NCBI GenBank assembly: GCA_964035545.1 | Contig: OZ037767.1 | Location: 15,008,998-15,072,997 of the forward strand | Length of the DNA stretch: 64,000 bases | Origin: Bugula neritina | Lineage: Eukaryota > Animalia > Bryozoa | Reading direction: 5' to 3' | In this document: in pieces, positions 38,285 through 53,460 of the stretch | Layout of the letters: each line of letters begins with the position of its first letter | How positions within the stretch are numbered: the first letter of the stretch is position 1 | Notes under the pieces: model-generated | What the model was told of the DNA's origin: nothing | Databases searched by the model: none | Seen by the model: the letters and a program-made list of their open reading frames with translations, nothing else | Position numbers and translations under genes: made by a program

Positions 38285-39276
38285 ATATATTATATATACA
38301 TATATGTAAGGTCAGTGTTTCAAATACTAGCACAGAGTTTGGGGTCAGCTGATGATAAATTTGGGGGAAATTATTTTGTGTACAATGAAAGATAGTCTTG
38401 GTTTAAAATCTCCTGAGATTAAACCAGCTCTAAGCACCAACTTGTATATTCTTATGGATAATTTATTCACCACTATTAGTCGTAGATGTATATTAGAACT
38501 TATAAGTGAAATTAAGTTTTTATTTCGCTCCAAGAGATACAAATATAGTTGAATTTACGGCATGCACTAGATTACTAGCAGAATTTAGCCAATATATGCT
38601 AGTTTCAGGTATAAATCATTCAGTGCTTCAACATACCTCTCTTATGTTATAATTGATTTCATAAACAGTAACTATTACTACACAGGTTATAGACTGCACA
38701 TTAAGGTCTTGGAAGCATCCACATTCATAATATTTCACCTATAACTTAAAATAACTAGTATTAGCAGCAAGATTTAAAAGACATAAAAGTGGATTATCAA
38801 ACTAAAGGAGTTGTGTTTTTTGGCTCTTACAACACAGATAGAAATTACAAATGAGAAGAGAGAACAACTCCCAGTCAAACTACGAGTCAGTTTTCAGCAT
38901 GTTTTGCATAAGAATCGTAACTCTACATGTACAAACATATTATAGACACTGTTTATTTTATATGCAAAGACCAGGCATTTCTTTACATATTTGTATATAA
39001 TCAACATATACAATGTGACTAGCAAAATGAAACACTGTCCAAATAATAAAATATGTTATAGTATAAACATAAGTCCATTATTGAAAAATAAACGAAGATA
39101 AAAAGTACAATTTGAAAAAAAAACATTCAACAAGATACAATATAGACCAGCAGTATATTATCAAATTTTAATATTAAGCTTTTGCAAAATAAAGAAAATA
39201 TTAAGAATAATTGTTGAATATTTTATAAATGGTAAAAACCAAGGCAGATGTCAAAGTGAATCTTGAATCCAGTAGA

Positions 39277-39445
39277 GAGGAATGGTATGACACATTGACA
39301 CACACTAGCAGGTGATGTAGGAATGGTATGACACACTGACACACTCTAGCAGGTGATGTATGAATGGTATGACAAACTAGCAGGTGATGTAGGAATGGTA
39401 TGACACACTGACACACACCAGCAGGTGATAAAAATAAATGGTAGT
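39277..39445. repeat. Same minisatellite, about 4 units
   Basis: Paralogous site in the E-F spacer. The A-B spacer has one unit at about 4856-4895. Confidence 0.9.
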
Positions 39446-40503
39446 ATACAAAGTTTAGTTCACAATCAACACATTACGGAGTCACCAACACTGATGAAGC
39501 CAGGCTCCCCATCTAGCACCAGATTCATGCCGAACATAGGAGAAGATTTACTATACTGCTTTAATAGTCTTGTCCTGTAAACAGCAGGTAAAATCTTAAC
39601 ACAGGTCAGTATGCCGTAATGTTGTGTGGCTAAAGGCTAGCCAACTCTATGTGCACCCATACAGTAGTCTAAGTTGTTGTGTCTGTCTGTTTAGAGCAGT
39701 TGAGTTGAACAGTTGAATTTGACAATGGAAAATTCATAATTAAAAAATCGTTGCAAAGTTTCATATAATTTTGACTTGCACTATTGCATGTACTGCACTC
39801 ATGAGATACAGCCTGGAGTTGGTTTTAGCAGCAGTCACCAGTCTCTACTGAAATTCTGAGGAAACAAATGCTGTATCCTAAACAGCAAGCAACAGTTAGG
39901 CTTTTGCAAAATGTTAACTTTGCACCACAAACTATGCTTAAGAGCTTGAGCTATTGAATTTCTTTGTTTATGTATGTATATATTATATATGTATACCTGT
40001 GTGTCTGTATGTACTTGTTAAAAAAACTCACGCATCAAATAAAACTATCTGATGACAATTGTGAAAAGGTTAGCCAACTTTTGCTATGACTATTATATTA
40101 TATTATGTTATACTACATTATATTGGAGATATTATATATTATACTACATAATACTATATTAACCTATATTTTATATATTATATTACATGCAGCATATCTT
40201 GCATTGCAGTGTTGTATTGCATATATATACAAGTTTTAGCAATGTCCGATGGTATAGTGTTTTATTTTAATCACTGTATATTACTTATTATAGCTTTTAA
40301 ATACAATTAATTGAATGTTCTTTTAAAAATTAATACCCTATTTTTATTTAATTAGAATAGTATCTTATAATTATGGCTTTTAGCAGGATATATAATAACT
40401 TATTGTATAATTATATATATATACATGTTTATATATATAGTTTATATATATATTTTATACATATAATAAATATTATATATACGTATATATACGTATATAT
40501 ATG

Positions 40504-40508
<5 letters not shown>

Positions 40509-40584
<76 letters not shown>
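40509..40584. repeat. (TA)n microsatellite
   Basis: Long TA run, paralogous to 5933-6024. Confidence 0.95.
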
Positions 40585-40587
<3 letters not shown>

Positions 40588-42017
40588 TCCCATATTTATG
40601 TGGCTTCATAGAGGGCTGCTCATAGGGGCAGTGAAAAGTTTGACTGAGTCAAATAAAACTGTTGACTGAGACATTTAATTATTATTGACTCAGTCAAATA
40701 TTGTCAACACTTGATAGAAACAAATGAATGAATCAGTACGGATTACATGGAAGAAAAGCCACACATTTCTATGCAATCCGTACGAAATTATCTTCTCTTA
40801 GTATAATAATAATTATGATTATAATTATTGTTATAATAATTATTAATGTAATTAAATATTTTTATAATTATTATGTAATAATATCCACTTTCAAAAGACT
40901 GACACCAAGGGAAAAACTGTATAATTACTGATAAATCTGAGAGGAATAAAGATTGGGAAACTCAGAGAGCCAAATATTTAATAGTGCTGGTCTAGAATAT
41001 GTGCAATTATGTAAAGTCAGCACTTCAAATACTAGCTAGAGAGTTTTGTGATGCCAGGAAGAACAGCTGATTATAAATGCATCTAATCTACAGCAAAACT
41101 CCAAATAAGTTGCCAACCTATATTATAGAGAGATGGTATTTGGATGACACTAGCTGCAAGCACCAACTATTATGTAGATATTGTTTGTCATGAATAACTA
41201 CCTAGTACTATTATATATGTAGCAGCTGCAGTATGTTATAAGTAAAATTGAGTTTCTATTTCACTCAAAGACAAATTTAATTGAATTTATAGTAAATGCA
41301 TAGTTCAAAAAACATAAGTCTTTGCTTACTTGAACTTTTTGCAAACTTTAATAAAGCATATTTTTGAGCAGCACAGTAAAGGTGAGTGTGAGGAAAGAGA
41401 TTAGTTAGATCATTGTACTTTTCACTATAAGATGATAAATATAGTTGTTGATTTCTCATTTACATTATGGCACTATATCATTTTGTCATGTAGACAAAAT
41501 AAGGTTTAACAAAGTTTGGACTGTTTGAAGTTGATGAAATCATGCTAACTAACTCTAAGCTGATTTTTCTGTCATGTATTTAAATACTACACTATTGTCA
41601 TCCTACAATCTGCATGTACATTAGCCATTTATCTCTCTACATGTATTTTGCTTTGCTTTGAAAACTCCCTCATTCCTCTTTAAAGTATTTGAAGTCAACA
41701 TCATATTGCCTTTTTCCTAATGCTTAGTGTTTAAAGGAAAAGACACATTTGGTTTCAATTTATAGCAAATGATTTATTCTAAAAGTACATGTTTATAAAT
41801 ATAATAGTATTTGCTACCATCACTAACATAATATTTACAAATTACAAAGCAGCAAAACTCATCTGTTACTGATGAAAAAGAAGCTAAAAAGGTTTAAGAT
41901 TGTTTGGCTAAAACTTGTGAAGTAAATTATAACACAACACGTTGTTTACAAGGAGGGAGGGAGGGGCAAGTCTGTGAATAAACATAAAGCTAGTTGATGA
42001 GTTGATGCTGTGGTTAT

Positions 42018-44819
42018 TCAGTCTGTCTGTGTAGACACAGATCTGGTAGATTTCACAGGACGCTTCCTAGCAACAGGTATGTGTTTTTGTTCACACAATA
42101 AGTGACAGTCCAACCAACAGCTTTCACAAAAGTACTAAAACATGGAAAATACATTCATTGTACTTCATAAACAAAATGAAGGCAGACCTCGGAAAAGAAA
42201 GGTTTTCACGAACATGAGAAGCCATATAACTTAAGTATTTCTATATTTGCAAAATATGCCTACCACATGAAAATTAGAAGAAATCCTCAACCATTAGCAC
42301 CTTAGTAAGACTGGTTATGTATCAATTGTGTGGTAATAATTTAGAAGTATAAAGATTGGCTATTGGGCATTTTACCTGAAAGCATGACGAGTGTTTACAG
42401 AAGTAGGGTCCCTCTCTCAACATACAATTACCACAGAGAGAATCTTTTACAATGTGAGGATTAATCTGTATCTACAACACAATTTGCACTGTTATAATCA
42501 GTATAGAAACAACCGACATAATATTGTTGCACCTTGAAATATTATACAAACAAGAAATATTGTGGAACAATCAAAATAAAAATAGCAAACCATTGAATCA
42601 AGGATTGAAATTATTATAGTTAATCAAAAGCTAATTAGAAAAAATTACGGCAAAGCTAAATATATAGCCATTTCAAGTTACTTGTCAAACTACCTTTTTT
42701 TGAAAGCCTATCGTATTAATAAATAGACATCCTTCTTCCACAGCCATTTTATAACTATTTTTGCATAGAAACTGTACTCGACCAGAACCTGAAATATTAT
42801 CATATTTACTTTGTACCAGTAACACCATGTTACAGAGTAACACATTATTTTAATGTTTATTTAGATTATAGTGTATGTTTGCAAATTGCTTACATAGAAA
42901 CTTTATGTAAATAACTACAGTAGGTATATATTAAATTAACTTAAGTATGAGGGTCAGTCTTACCAATTGGGTATTTGTTATTATCCGTTTCTATGCTTGC
43001 TGAAATTACCCTCCCATAAACTTCTTTCATTATTTTTGCCAACATGCTGGCCGTAATCTTTCCATGTAATCCGCCTACAAATATGCTGTTCCCTTCTCCA
43101 ATTATTTTTCTAGTCGCGAGATGAAAGTTATTATTTATATCCCAAGGGATTATCTCCACCTGGTAAACATTATTTTTTTCAAGTATATGACATAGTCATT
43201 ATAATTTACAAACAAAAGTATACATGACAACCACTACACACATTTCATGTAAGGACAAATAGAATAAATAACTGTTTATTCACCTTTTTACGCCTAATAG
43301 TAATTTTCCTTTCTCCATATTCTGATTGAAGCAATCTCAGCATACTATCCACAGGTTGACCATCTTCAAATACTGCGTAAGCATATCCTTCAAGTACAAA
43401 AAGTGATATTGTGCAATGAAAGACTGTAAAGTGTTTTCTTGCACCAGACTGGGCTTGGGGACTGCATTTCACCTGAGCTATAGGGTTTCTCCACTCAACT
43501 TCAAAGCTAGCTTGACTCAAACCAAGCAAACTTTTTTTTGCAGATTGAATGCAGCTTATTTATTTTAAATTTCAACCACAGCGTTCTTTCTGGTAGTAGT
43601 TGGGATAGTTATAAATACTATAGCTATAGCTATTTATGAGAGGAGAAAAGCTGATTGGGTTTATTAGAAATATAGCCGCATTGAAGGTACAAAACAGGGA
43701 GAGGTGTAGTATCCTCTGCATAGTCATAGATCAGGGGTGGGCAATTTCTCATCTTTGAGGACCAAGTTAAGAAGTCAAACAAAATGATTGTACACATAAT
43801 AGAACCTATGCTGACCTGCTAATCAGAATAGCAATGACACTGAAAAATGGGCAAAGGGTCACAATTAGTAATGGGGCTTCCAGTTACCCACCCTTGCAGT
43901 AGATGAACAGGTAATTATATATATATTTGAGATGTAAAAATATTATCCCCACTGGGATTCAAACCCTAGGCGTTTGACTAACTATTACATACAAAAAGAT
44001 TCCTAACAACATGATACTATTAAGATATTATATTTGCTATCTTACCAGATAATAAACCTTTGCTAGGCAGTTGAAGTTGGACTTTTCCAAATCTCTTCAA
44101 TGCTAACTTCATCTCATCTGAAATGTTCACATATAACAACAGTAATATTATTCATAACTAACATTAACTCCAAAATTCACTCTCACAGCTAACCTATAAA
44201 CTAAATTTACAGCTATTTTAAAAGACAACATTAAACAATTAAACAGACCTTTAGTCACATGCTTTGGTATTCCTCCAAGAAAAACTTTGCAAGAATAACG
44301 TGGATTTTGGTTTTCAATTGGCATCTCACCTCGCCATTCGTGTGTTGCTGTCAGAAATTCTACAAAAATATTTGACAAATTAAATTAAACTTAAGTTTAT
44401 AGTGTCACAAAGCTAAAATGATACATAATGTTAATAGAAAACAAGAAAACCTAGTTGTTACGGATTATTAGACGTATGAAACTACTGCTAGCTTACACTT
44501 GTCTTGAATGAGCTGCTTTATATAACTTAAACAAAAAACAGACTAAAACTATTATTGCACTGCTATAATGAAATATAATATTTCCTGGAGTATGACTTAA
44601 AAAAGTTGCCATTAGAATTGTTTCTGTTGTCTTTGCATTAGAAAATATATTTCACAAGCAAATTCAGTAAAAACAAATGTGATTTCATTTTCAAATATTT
44701 GTTGAAACTTTTTTTAACTTTCTGAAGTTGTATATATATACCATACAAAGTATATAATCTATATGCTCTAAAGTATTTAATATGTAACTTTATGTACTAT
44801 ACTGAGTCTTACCAGCCAT
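42018..44819 (-). CDS. CPEB1: CPEB1/Orb-like protein, copy F, 8 exons
   Basis: Exons 44819-44813, 44359-44249, 44117-44046, 43387-43284, 43159-42964, 42788-42694, 42471-42376, 42134-42018. The frame is open. This copy has several private substitutions (QPVDS, IRRKK, IETDNNKYP, CESCW). Confidence 0.88.
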
Positions 44820-44893
44820 ATTGTACTGTGATGGTGATTGAAGGATCTGTTGGTAAACTCTGAGAGATGTATTCTTTGCTGTAAGAAATCAAG

Positions 44894-44931
44894 AACTGAA
44901 GAGATCTCCCAGAAGACCTCCATTATATATA
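44894..44931 (-). promoter_or_regulatory. Putative TATA + Inr, copy F
   Basis: Same motifs and spacing as copy A. Confidence 0.5.
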
Positions 44932-46599
44932 GGTACTGATCACCTCAATAGGGCAATTATCTCTTGGAGTCAAATATTTAAGAACTCAATCACAACATCA
45001 GAACCAGTAATTAGAGGTACTCAGAGCAACAAAGAAAACTCATCTCTCAGGTTGGTAGAATTAAGAAAGTGTTACAAACACCAGAACCTGTAATTAGGAG
45101 TATCAAAAGAAGCTCATCTGAAGAAAGAGTTACAAAGTTGCTCGTGGTAATAACACACTATACTGAGAGTACTGAATTTTGGGGTAATTTAGTAATAGTG
45201 AGGAGTGACGACATAGGTAGACAAACCTTTTCCCCAACACTTTTTGACTTGAGGTTTACTTTTATTTTAGTTGATCTAACAAATATTTGCCTTACCTCTA
45301 AAAATATTTTTATGAAATGTATTATATTTTTGCTGAAACCTGCTGTAATGTTTTAGCTGATAATCGGTTTTTGATTTAAAATGGGTTTCCTACCAACTAT
45401 TATATATTTTTCAAACATATATCCTAATAAGTATTATATTACTTTTTAAAACTTCACCCCAGATAACTGCTTGCCACTTAGACACTATTAAATAATTTAT
45501 TTATTTTATTACAATAAAATTATATGTGCTTTAGGTGCAATTTACTTGAATATGGTTAAAATATATGTATTATATTTAAATAAATTTGGTTCGATTGTTT
45601 GCATTATTCAGCACATAAATAATTTTTTTTAATCTGAATTAACTTATTAATTTTGTATTTTCTCTACTTCTTCTTGTTTGAAAAATAATATTTCCATAAG
45701 AAATATTCATTAAATACAATGTTCATTGCAATGTATTCCTGTACATTTTCTGTTCACACAATATCCTAAAAATTAGAATACTATTTCAGATAATGATTAT
45801 TAGGTATTATTTCACGTTTAGCAATCAATACAACAGCTATGTTTTTTGTATATATAAGAATATTACTATAAGTTATATATTATGCACCAAAATAGAAATA
45901 GCGTCTAACTGGGAAGCCTCCAAGAGAGAAACGTATAAGTGTGAAACATTCATATCTGGGATGAAACCTTTTCAGATAAATAGAATGCAAGGGTTCAGCA
46001 ACTATTCTAGTTTAATCTCACAGGAGATAAATGGTTTAGCATTAACCTTGTACAACTTATACTATAACTATTATGTAATAAGATCTTCTTTCAAAGGACT
46101 CTCTGTACCAGAGAAAAAGCTGTATAATTGCTGACCAATCAGAGAGGATTAAAATTTGAGAAACTCAGAAAGCTAAAAATCAAAGGCTGTAATTATAGAA
46201 TTACATAATAGAGTAGCTGTCATCAGCTGGTACTTATACAGCTATAGTACATGTGAGCTGAACATAAATAAGTCTTTCTCATTAAACAAGAATTAGTAGG
46301 TTCATAAAGAGCAGTCCGAAGTGCATAGGTTGTCTTCAACATTCAAAGAATTATCACCTAAATATAGAAGTAGTTGACTTTAGTTCTGTTTCTCTGAATA
46401 GTGATACTCGATACTGCATCAGACTTGTTGAGCAGCTCTGCTTGAGACAAACTGTTAATTTACATATTTATTAAACCACTAGATACAAAATATTAATGCG
46501 GATAAAATACACTGCAGGGTGTGTGCTTTATACTCTTAAATAGCAGGATATGAAATTCCTTCTGGCCAGAGTGTTGTATACATGCTTTAATATCTAAAA

Positions 46600-46916
46600 C
46601 AGGGGTGTCCAACCTTTTCAGATCGAGGGGCACTGAAAGAGCATATTCCGATAGCAAAGGCCACATTTTAGACTTTAGTTTGAGCTGGGGGCCACAGCAT
46701 CAGCAATTTTCAAACTATACTTTATTCTAAATTCTTATGAATCATTACAATTAAGTTATTTGTTACAATATGTATACAAATAAGATATTTAAACGGTGGC
46801 TTTTTACTCTAACTCATAGGTGTGTAAAAAATAATTTTATTCGTTGTGCTCTTGAGGGCCACATAACTGTAGGCTGTCCCCCATCCGGCCCTGGGGTCAT
46901 TTGTTAAACAGCCCTA
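46600..46916. mobile_element. hAT-like MITE, F-G spacer copy
   Basis: CAGGGGTGTCCAAC...GTTAAACAGCCCTA, flanked by ATCTAAAA/ATCTAAAC. Confidence 0.7.
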
Positions 46917-47815
46917 ATCTAAACTATCACTATAACTTGCTTGTTTTAAAAAAATTGAAAAAATATTAAAAGGGAAAATGAATGGCATATAAGAGTGCTG
47001 ACCTATATAATATATATACATATATGTAAGGTCAGTGTTTCAAATACTAGCACTGAGTTTGGGATCATCCAATCATAAATTTGGGTTTGAATCCGAGTGG
47101 GGGAAATTATTTTGTGCATATTTATAGACAGTCTTGGTTTGAAAATCTCCTGGGATTACACCAGCTCTAAGCACCAACTTGTATATTTTTATGGATATTT
47201 TAATTTAATTTAATGATTAGTTGCACTTGTATATTAGAACTTATAAGTAAAATTTAGTTTCTATTTCACTCTAAGAGATACAAATTATATAATTGAATTT
47301 ACAGCATGCACTAGATTACTAGCAAAATTTAGCAAACATATGCTAGTTTCAGGTATGAAATCATTCAGTATTTTAACATACCTCTCTTATATTATAATTG
47401 ATTTTATAAACAGTAACTATTACTACACAGGTTAAAGACTGCACCTTAAGGTCTTGGAAGAGTCTACATTCCTAATATTTCACCTAAATCTTAGAATAAC
47501 TAGTATTAGCAGCAAAATTTAAGGCACATAAAAGTGGATTTTTAAACTAAAGGTATTGCGTTTTCATGGCTTTACAACACAGATGGGAACTACACATGAG
47601 AAGAGAGAACAAATCCCAGCCATAAACTATGAGTCAGTTTTCAGTGTCTTGCATAAGAAGCGTAACTCTACATGTATAAACATATGTATATATGGTACAT
47701 TGGTTTGTGTGTTTCTATAATTCGCAGCAGATGTGGCAATTGATAGACTGTCAATTTCATGAGTCTCATTTCTATTTATTTGACATGAAACATCACAAAC
47801 CAATTTGCTGTTTGT

Positions 47816-49159
47816 TTAAATTGTTTGTTCATAAGTTTCTTTCACCACTGTTTGTTTGAAAGCTGCTGCAGTTCTTATTGGTGGCTTTTCTTTTGTCAGA
47901 ATAACATCAACTAAAAAATTAGCAAAGCTTTTAATAAGCAAACAAACATCGTTGTGCATAAACAGAATCTACTGAGCAAAAAAGTGAAATACATCTTTGC
48001 ATAGATCATTTGCTAAGTCACATTTCTGATTATAAATTTTTCAAATATTTTTTATTATTTATACATTTTGCAACACTAATAGATTCAATTAATAAGAACG
48101 CTAAATCCAAAGACCTCTTTCATTAAATTCTTTAACTTTTTTGCAATTTAGTATGTAATATTATGTTATACTTATATATGCAACTAATAAAATCAGAATA
48201 TGATGGATGCAAATAAATTCAATCAGAATAGTATATTATTATTCTTATAATAAAATAATATAGAATCATATTACTACATTACATAAATACTACATGTAAC
48301 ATAATATATTGCACCTATAAAAATAAACTACTATGAATAAAGCAGTATACAAATAAATGTACAACAACATTATAGAAATTAGGAAATTTACCTTCCAATG
48401 TGTTTGGAATATGTGGAGGTTTAACATCATAACTAAAATATTAATAAATAAATAAGGTCTACAATTCCTAGTTGTGAAAGCTAGCAGCCAACAGATTTAG
48501 AAATTTGCTTTATAAGTAATAAATTTAAGAAAAATTGTGTTGTTTTTAGAACCATCATATCATAATTTTTGAGCATCATTATTCACACCTATTTAATATA
48601 TACAAGAGCAGCCTGTGAAATGACTGATTCCTATAATACAATATTAGAATAGTAGCTGCCTTTATAATTTGTGCAGATGTACGTAAAGTTATAGTTGAAA
48701 ATACTTACAAATATCCCATAAGCCTTTGCAGAACTGTCTTTGGTTTCTCAACAAGGAAACATTTATCTGAAATTATAACAGAAGAGTATCAGTTTATGTT
48801 GAGGTAAACGCCTTATATTTCTCATATGCATATAGCATATTACTATAAAATAAAGAGGATGTTCGTGTTTAATATGATATGGATAAACTGCATGTTGGAC
48901 TCTATCAACAAGTATAAATTAAGGCGTCACCAGACTATCTTTGAAATGTAGTATAATATATACTGTATAGTTTTGACTCAACAGGTTTAGTTGGTATAAA
49001 TTAAAACTAGAAGAATTATACCTACGCGTAGGGAATCCAAAATCACCCTAGCTTACATAACTATTGAACATACAGCTGCAGTAACTGAAGAAATACATTA
49101 TATGGAAAAAGTTGTAGCAATGAATAGGTTGCTTACCCAGTTCTTCAAGGTTTAGTATG
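47816..49159 (-). CDS. Unidentified multi-exon gene or gene fragment, copy 2
   Basis: Exons 49159-49137, 48766-48709, 48432-48392 and 47910-47816 have the same lengths as copy 1 (23/58/41/95 nt) and are all GT-AG. They translate ...ILNLEELDKCFLVEKPKTVLQRLMGYFYDVKPPHIPNTLEVDVILTKEKPPIRTAAAFKQTVVKETYEQTI*. Confidence 0.55.
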
Positions 49160-50849
49160 CTGTTCAAAATACAGAACAGGTGAGAAAATAATACAGAGAA
49201 ATCCATTTTAATAATACATTTACATCAATATAATCATGGCAATTAATATTGTACATGTTGAGATAAAATCTACTAGCTGTGTATACAAAATTTCTGCAAG
49301 TGAAGTGGGCAACAATGGTTTTAAGAATCAACATTGAGTTTAAGTTATTTATGTTAATCTTCAACAATCATTTTATATTCATGTGTTTGAATTGTTGTAG
49401 AAATATTTGATGAAATATATTAATTTATTATTTTAACTGTTTAGTAAAGTATTTTGTTAAAAAGCGTGATGTTTTTACATGGTGAAAGCCTTATCATACG
49501 TTGCCATAGGTTTTAGATACTAGCTGATTGTTGAAAAAAATCAATTAATTTGTGAGGTAGCAAAATTTCAGTTCAAAAAATATTGAAAATATTCAATATG
49601 TAAGATGTTCAATTAGAGATGTAAAAATCTAAAACCGGTCTTTTCACTGAAAAATGATAAATATAGTTGTTGATTTCTTATTTACATTATGGCACTAAAT
49701 CAGTCTGCCATGCATGTGGACAAAAATTTAATAAGTTTTAAAAGTGTTTGAACTGTTTGAAGTTGGTTAAATTAGACTCATTTATCATATAAGCTGATTT
49801 TTATGTCATGTATTTAAATACTGCTATGTATAATTATAGCCTTTCTGATTGTAAAAAAGTTCATTCAAATGAAACGGAGAAAAGTTTCACTTATTTGTTA
49901 GAGAGCAAGCTACATATAATATAAAATACATATATAACATATATCATATAATATTATAATATAAATATAGTCAGCTTGAAAAAATATCTCAGAGATAAAT
50001 TCAAGCCATTACAAGCTTTGCACTCTGTCAAGATTTTTCTGCTAAATACTGCTTAAAGCTATGGAAACAGCCATGACTATCTAAAAGCTATAATGGAAAC
50101 AGCCATGACTAGCTGAAAACTATGGAAACAGCCATGACTAGCTGAAAGCTATATGCTGACAACTTCTATAAATATAAAGATTAGATGTCCATAGATTAAT
50201 AAGATCTGACATGGTGATAGTGTTGGTGTATTATATGGCTAGTCACTGGTGAAGCTTGCATTGCATTATATTATTGTGTTATATTATATTAATATGCTGC
50301 AAGATACTTTATACTGGAGATACAAGTAAGTAAAGATAGTTATATGTTCTGTTTATTGTCTATTATTTTAATGATAACTCTCAACTTTTATAACCATTTA
50401 TTCGAATTGATTTGTAAACTAACTTTATTAAATTTAACATTCAGTATATTTATGTTTTGTAACTTTTACTAGAGTGCTAGCAAGGAGTAATTATATTACC
50501 AATATAAGATCTTTTAAACAGATGCAAACAAACTTCAATAGTTTTAAAAAAATTATTTTAGTGATGAATCAAAAAATTTAGGAGAGTTTACTCAAATAGC
50601 TAATATACACTCTTCCATTGCATTTTTTTAAACATATACTTTGCTTATAACAAAATTTTCAAAGGTACAACTAATAAGCTTTTTAATGGCTTCTATTTTA
50701 TTGGAATTAATCCAAAATAGTGCAAAATAAAACAAAAAAATCTATATGAGCTGCATAAAGCATTTACATTTTTTGTTGTAGAACTACAATAAAACTCTAC
50801 TATCCTTGAATGTGGTGACTCATCACAGTACTATGAAGTAACTATACCA

Positions 50850-50946
50850 ATTAGAGGTTTCCTACAAATATACTATTCTCTCTGCATCTTCTTGCTTTCC
50901 TCTTTGGAATGTAGGAGTTGTCTCTATCTTAGGGGATTATCTCCAC
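50850..50946 (-). pseudogene. Highly diverged CPEB exon-5 relic
   Basis: Reads tttttaccag|VEIIP*DRDNSYIPKRKARRCRENSIFVGNL*. The acceptor, VEIIP and NSIFVG are recognisable, but there are in-frame stops. Confidence 0.75.
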
Positions 50947-51372
50947 CTGGTAAAAATTTTGCTTATATTAAAAAGAACTATTTTATTAGCATTCTACAAA
51001 GTCTTTTAAATTAAAAAGCAATAGTTGTTTAATGGTTCTGATGTTTATTATTTTACTGTTTAATCTAAATTTTTACCATAGTTAATTCAAATAGCTTACA
51101 TACACTGTTTCACCATAACCACTTTTTAGAAAAGTCTTGTTGGCTCATAAAAAATTTTCAAATTATACTATAAGTTAAAATTAATGGTATTGTTTTGATT
51201 TCATTAAAATTAAAACAATGTTCCTAGGAATAAAATGAAAAAATTTATGCACTGATTAAAGCATTGTATTTTTTTTATTTTAGAGCGACAGAAAAACTCC
51301 AAAGTGTTGGTGGTTCATTCAGTTTATCACTAGTATATATTGAATTAACTTGAGTATGAGGGACAGTCTTAC

Positions 51373-51530
51373 GAATAGGATATTTATTTTTATCTGTGTC
51401 AATGCTTGCGGTTATTACAGTCCCGTAAACATCTTTCATTATTTTAGCCAACATGCTGGCCGTAATCTTTCGATGCAGCTGAAATATTGAATATTGAAGA
51501 GTTAATTACATTCCAATAAGTTATCTCCAC
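51373..51530 (-). pseudogene. Diverged CPEB exon-5 (RRM2) relic
   Basis: Reads tttaccag|VEITYWNV...[35 protein letters not shown]|gtaag. An internal deletion/frameshift removes SIFVGG. It is more diverged than copies A-G are from each other. Confidence 0.85.
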
Positions 51531-52364
51531 CTGGTAAACAATAAAGTTGGTAGGGAGGACCTAAACAAATGCCAACTTCTGCTGCAACTAAAACTTTTCT
51601 AAATTAAAGTGTATACTTCTTTCTAGGAGGCAGCTTCTTGATATATTAAATTGAAATATATTATCATGCAGTCTTTGGATCAAATTTTGTGTATTAGTGT
51701 CGAGAGTTCTCTTTGCATTAAAAAGGCTTTAATATACTTATCAGTAAAGCAGTACTTAGTCTTTATATTTAAATGTGTCTACTTCAAGCAAGATGATCTT
51801 TGAGTTTTGCTGCACACAGTGAAGAGTTATCTTCTCAAGATTCCGCCTTATAATAAAGGGTGGTGGAGGTATGTTAAATTTTCTCCATATCAGAGTATAC
51901 CTCTTTTTAGAGTCTAGAATCAAAAAATATAGTATTATGCAAATTTATATATTGTATTTTGTGTTATCTACACTATTTTCATCCTAGAATCTGTACTCTA
52001 GCCATTTATCTCTCTACATGTATTTTGCTTTGTTTTGAAAACTTTCTCATTCCCTTTATGGTATGTGTTGACATTTGTAAACTTGAAGCAGTAGTTACTA
52101 TATACTAAATTACTAACTTACAATAAATTCAAAGCTCAAACTGTAAATTTTCTTTGCATGTAAGTTTTAGTAATGTGAAGTTTTCAAAGTGAAAATGAGG
52201 TATTTGTAGTTTGTGAAGTTACTTTCTTTCTAAAGCTTGGTGGCTTGATAACCACTGGTGCTGCCTTTATTGTGTTTTGAGCAATACGAAGTTATCTTAT
52301 CTTGATTCACGTACAATTTCTCTGCATGTAACTTTTAGTAGTATAAAGTTTTCAAAGTAAGAAT

Positions 52365-53460
52365 AAAGTATTTGAAGTCAACATCATATTGCCTTTTTCT
52401 TAATGCTTAGTGTTTAAAGGAAAAGACACATTTGATTTCAATTTATAGCAAATAATTTATTCTAAAAGTACATGTTTATAAATACAATATTATTTGCTAC
52501 CATCACTAACATAATATTATTTACAGATTACAATTAGCAGCAAAACTCATCTGTTACTGATAAAAAAGAAGCCTAAAAAGGTTTAACATCATTTGGCTAA
52601 AACTTGTGAATTAAATTGTAACACAACGTGTTGTTTACAGAAAAGAAGGATATTACCCTCCCATAAACTTCTTTCATTATTTTTGCCAACATGCTGGCCG
52701 TAATCTTTCCATGTAATCCGCCTACAAATATGCTGTTCCCTTCTCCAATTTTTTTTCTAGTTGTGAGATGAAAGTTATTATTTATATCCCAAGGGATTAT
52801 CTCCACCTGGTAAACATTAAACTTTTCAAGTATATGGCATAGTCATTATAATTTTATAAACAAAACTATACATTACAACCACTACACACATTTCATGTAA
52901 GGACAAATAGAATAAATAACTGTTTATTCACCTTTTTACCCCTAATAGTAATTTTCCTTTCCCCACATTCTGATTGAAGCAATCTCAACATACTATATTC
53001 ACAGTTTGACCATCTTCAAATACTGCGTAAGCATATCCTTCAAGTACAAAAAGAAGTAATATTGTGCAATGGCAATAGCAATGACACTGAAAAATTGGGC
53101 AAAAGGTCACAAGTGGCAATGGGACTCCCAGTTGTCCACTCCTGCAGCAGATGAACAGGTAATTATATATATCTAAGATGTAAAAATGTTGTCCCCACTA
53201 GGATTTAAACCCTAGGGGTAATACTAACCATTACACAAAGAGATTCCTAACAACATGATACTATTAAGATATTATATCTTACCAGATAATAAACCTCTGC
53301 TAGGTAGTTGAAGTTGCACTTTTCCAAATCTCTCCAATGCTAACTTTATCTCGCCTGAAATGTTCACATATAACTATAATAATATTATTCATAACTAACA
53401 TTAAATTTGGAATTCACTCTCACAGCTAACCTATAAACTAGATTTACAGCTATTTCAAAA
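52365..53460 (-). pseudogene. Truncated CPEB1-like pseudogene, copy G
   Basis: Exon 3 (53354-53283) is intact. Exon 4 (53037-52932) is 106 nt instead of 104, a 2-nt frameshift. Exon 5 (from 52806) breaks at about 52650 and joins directly to 3'UTR sequence, so exons 6-8 are deleted. Homology ends in intron 2 at about 53460, so exons 1-2 are absent. Confidence 0.9.
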
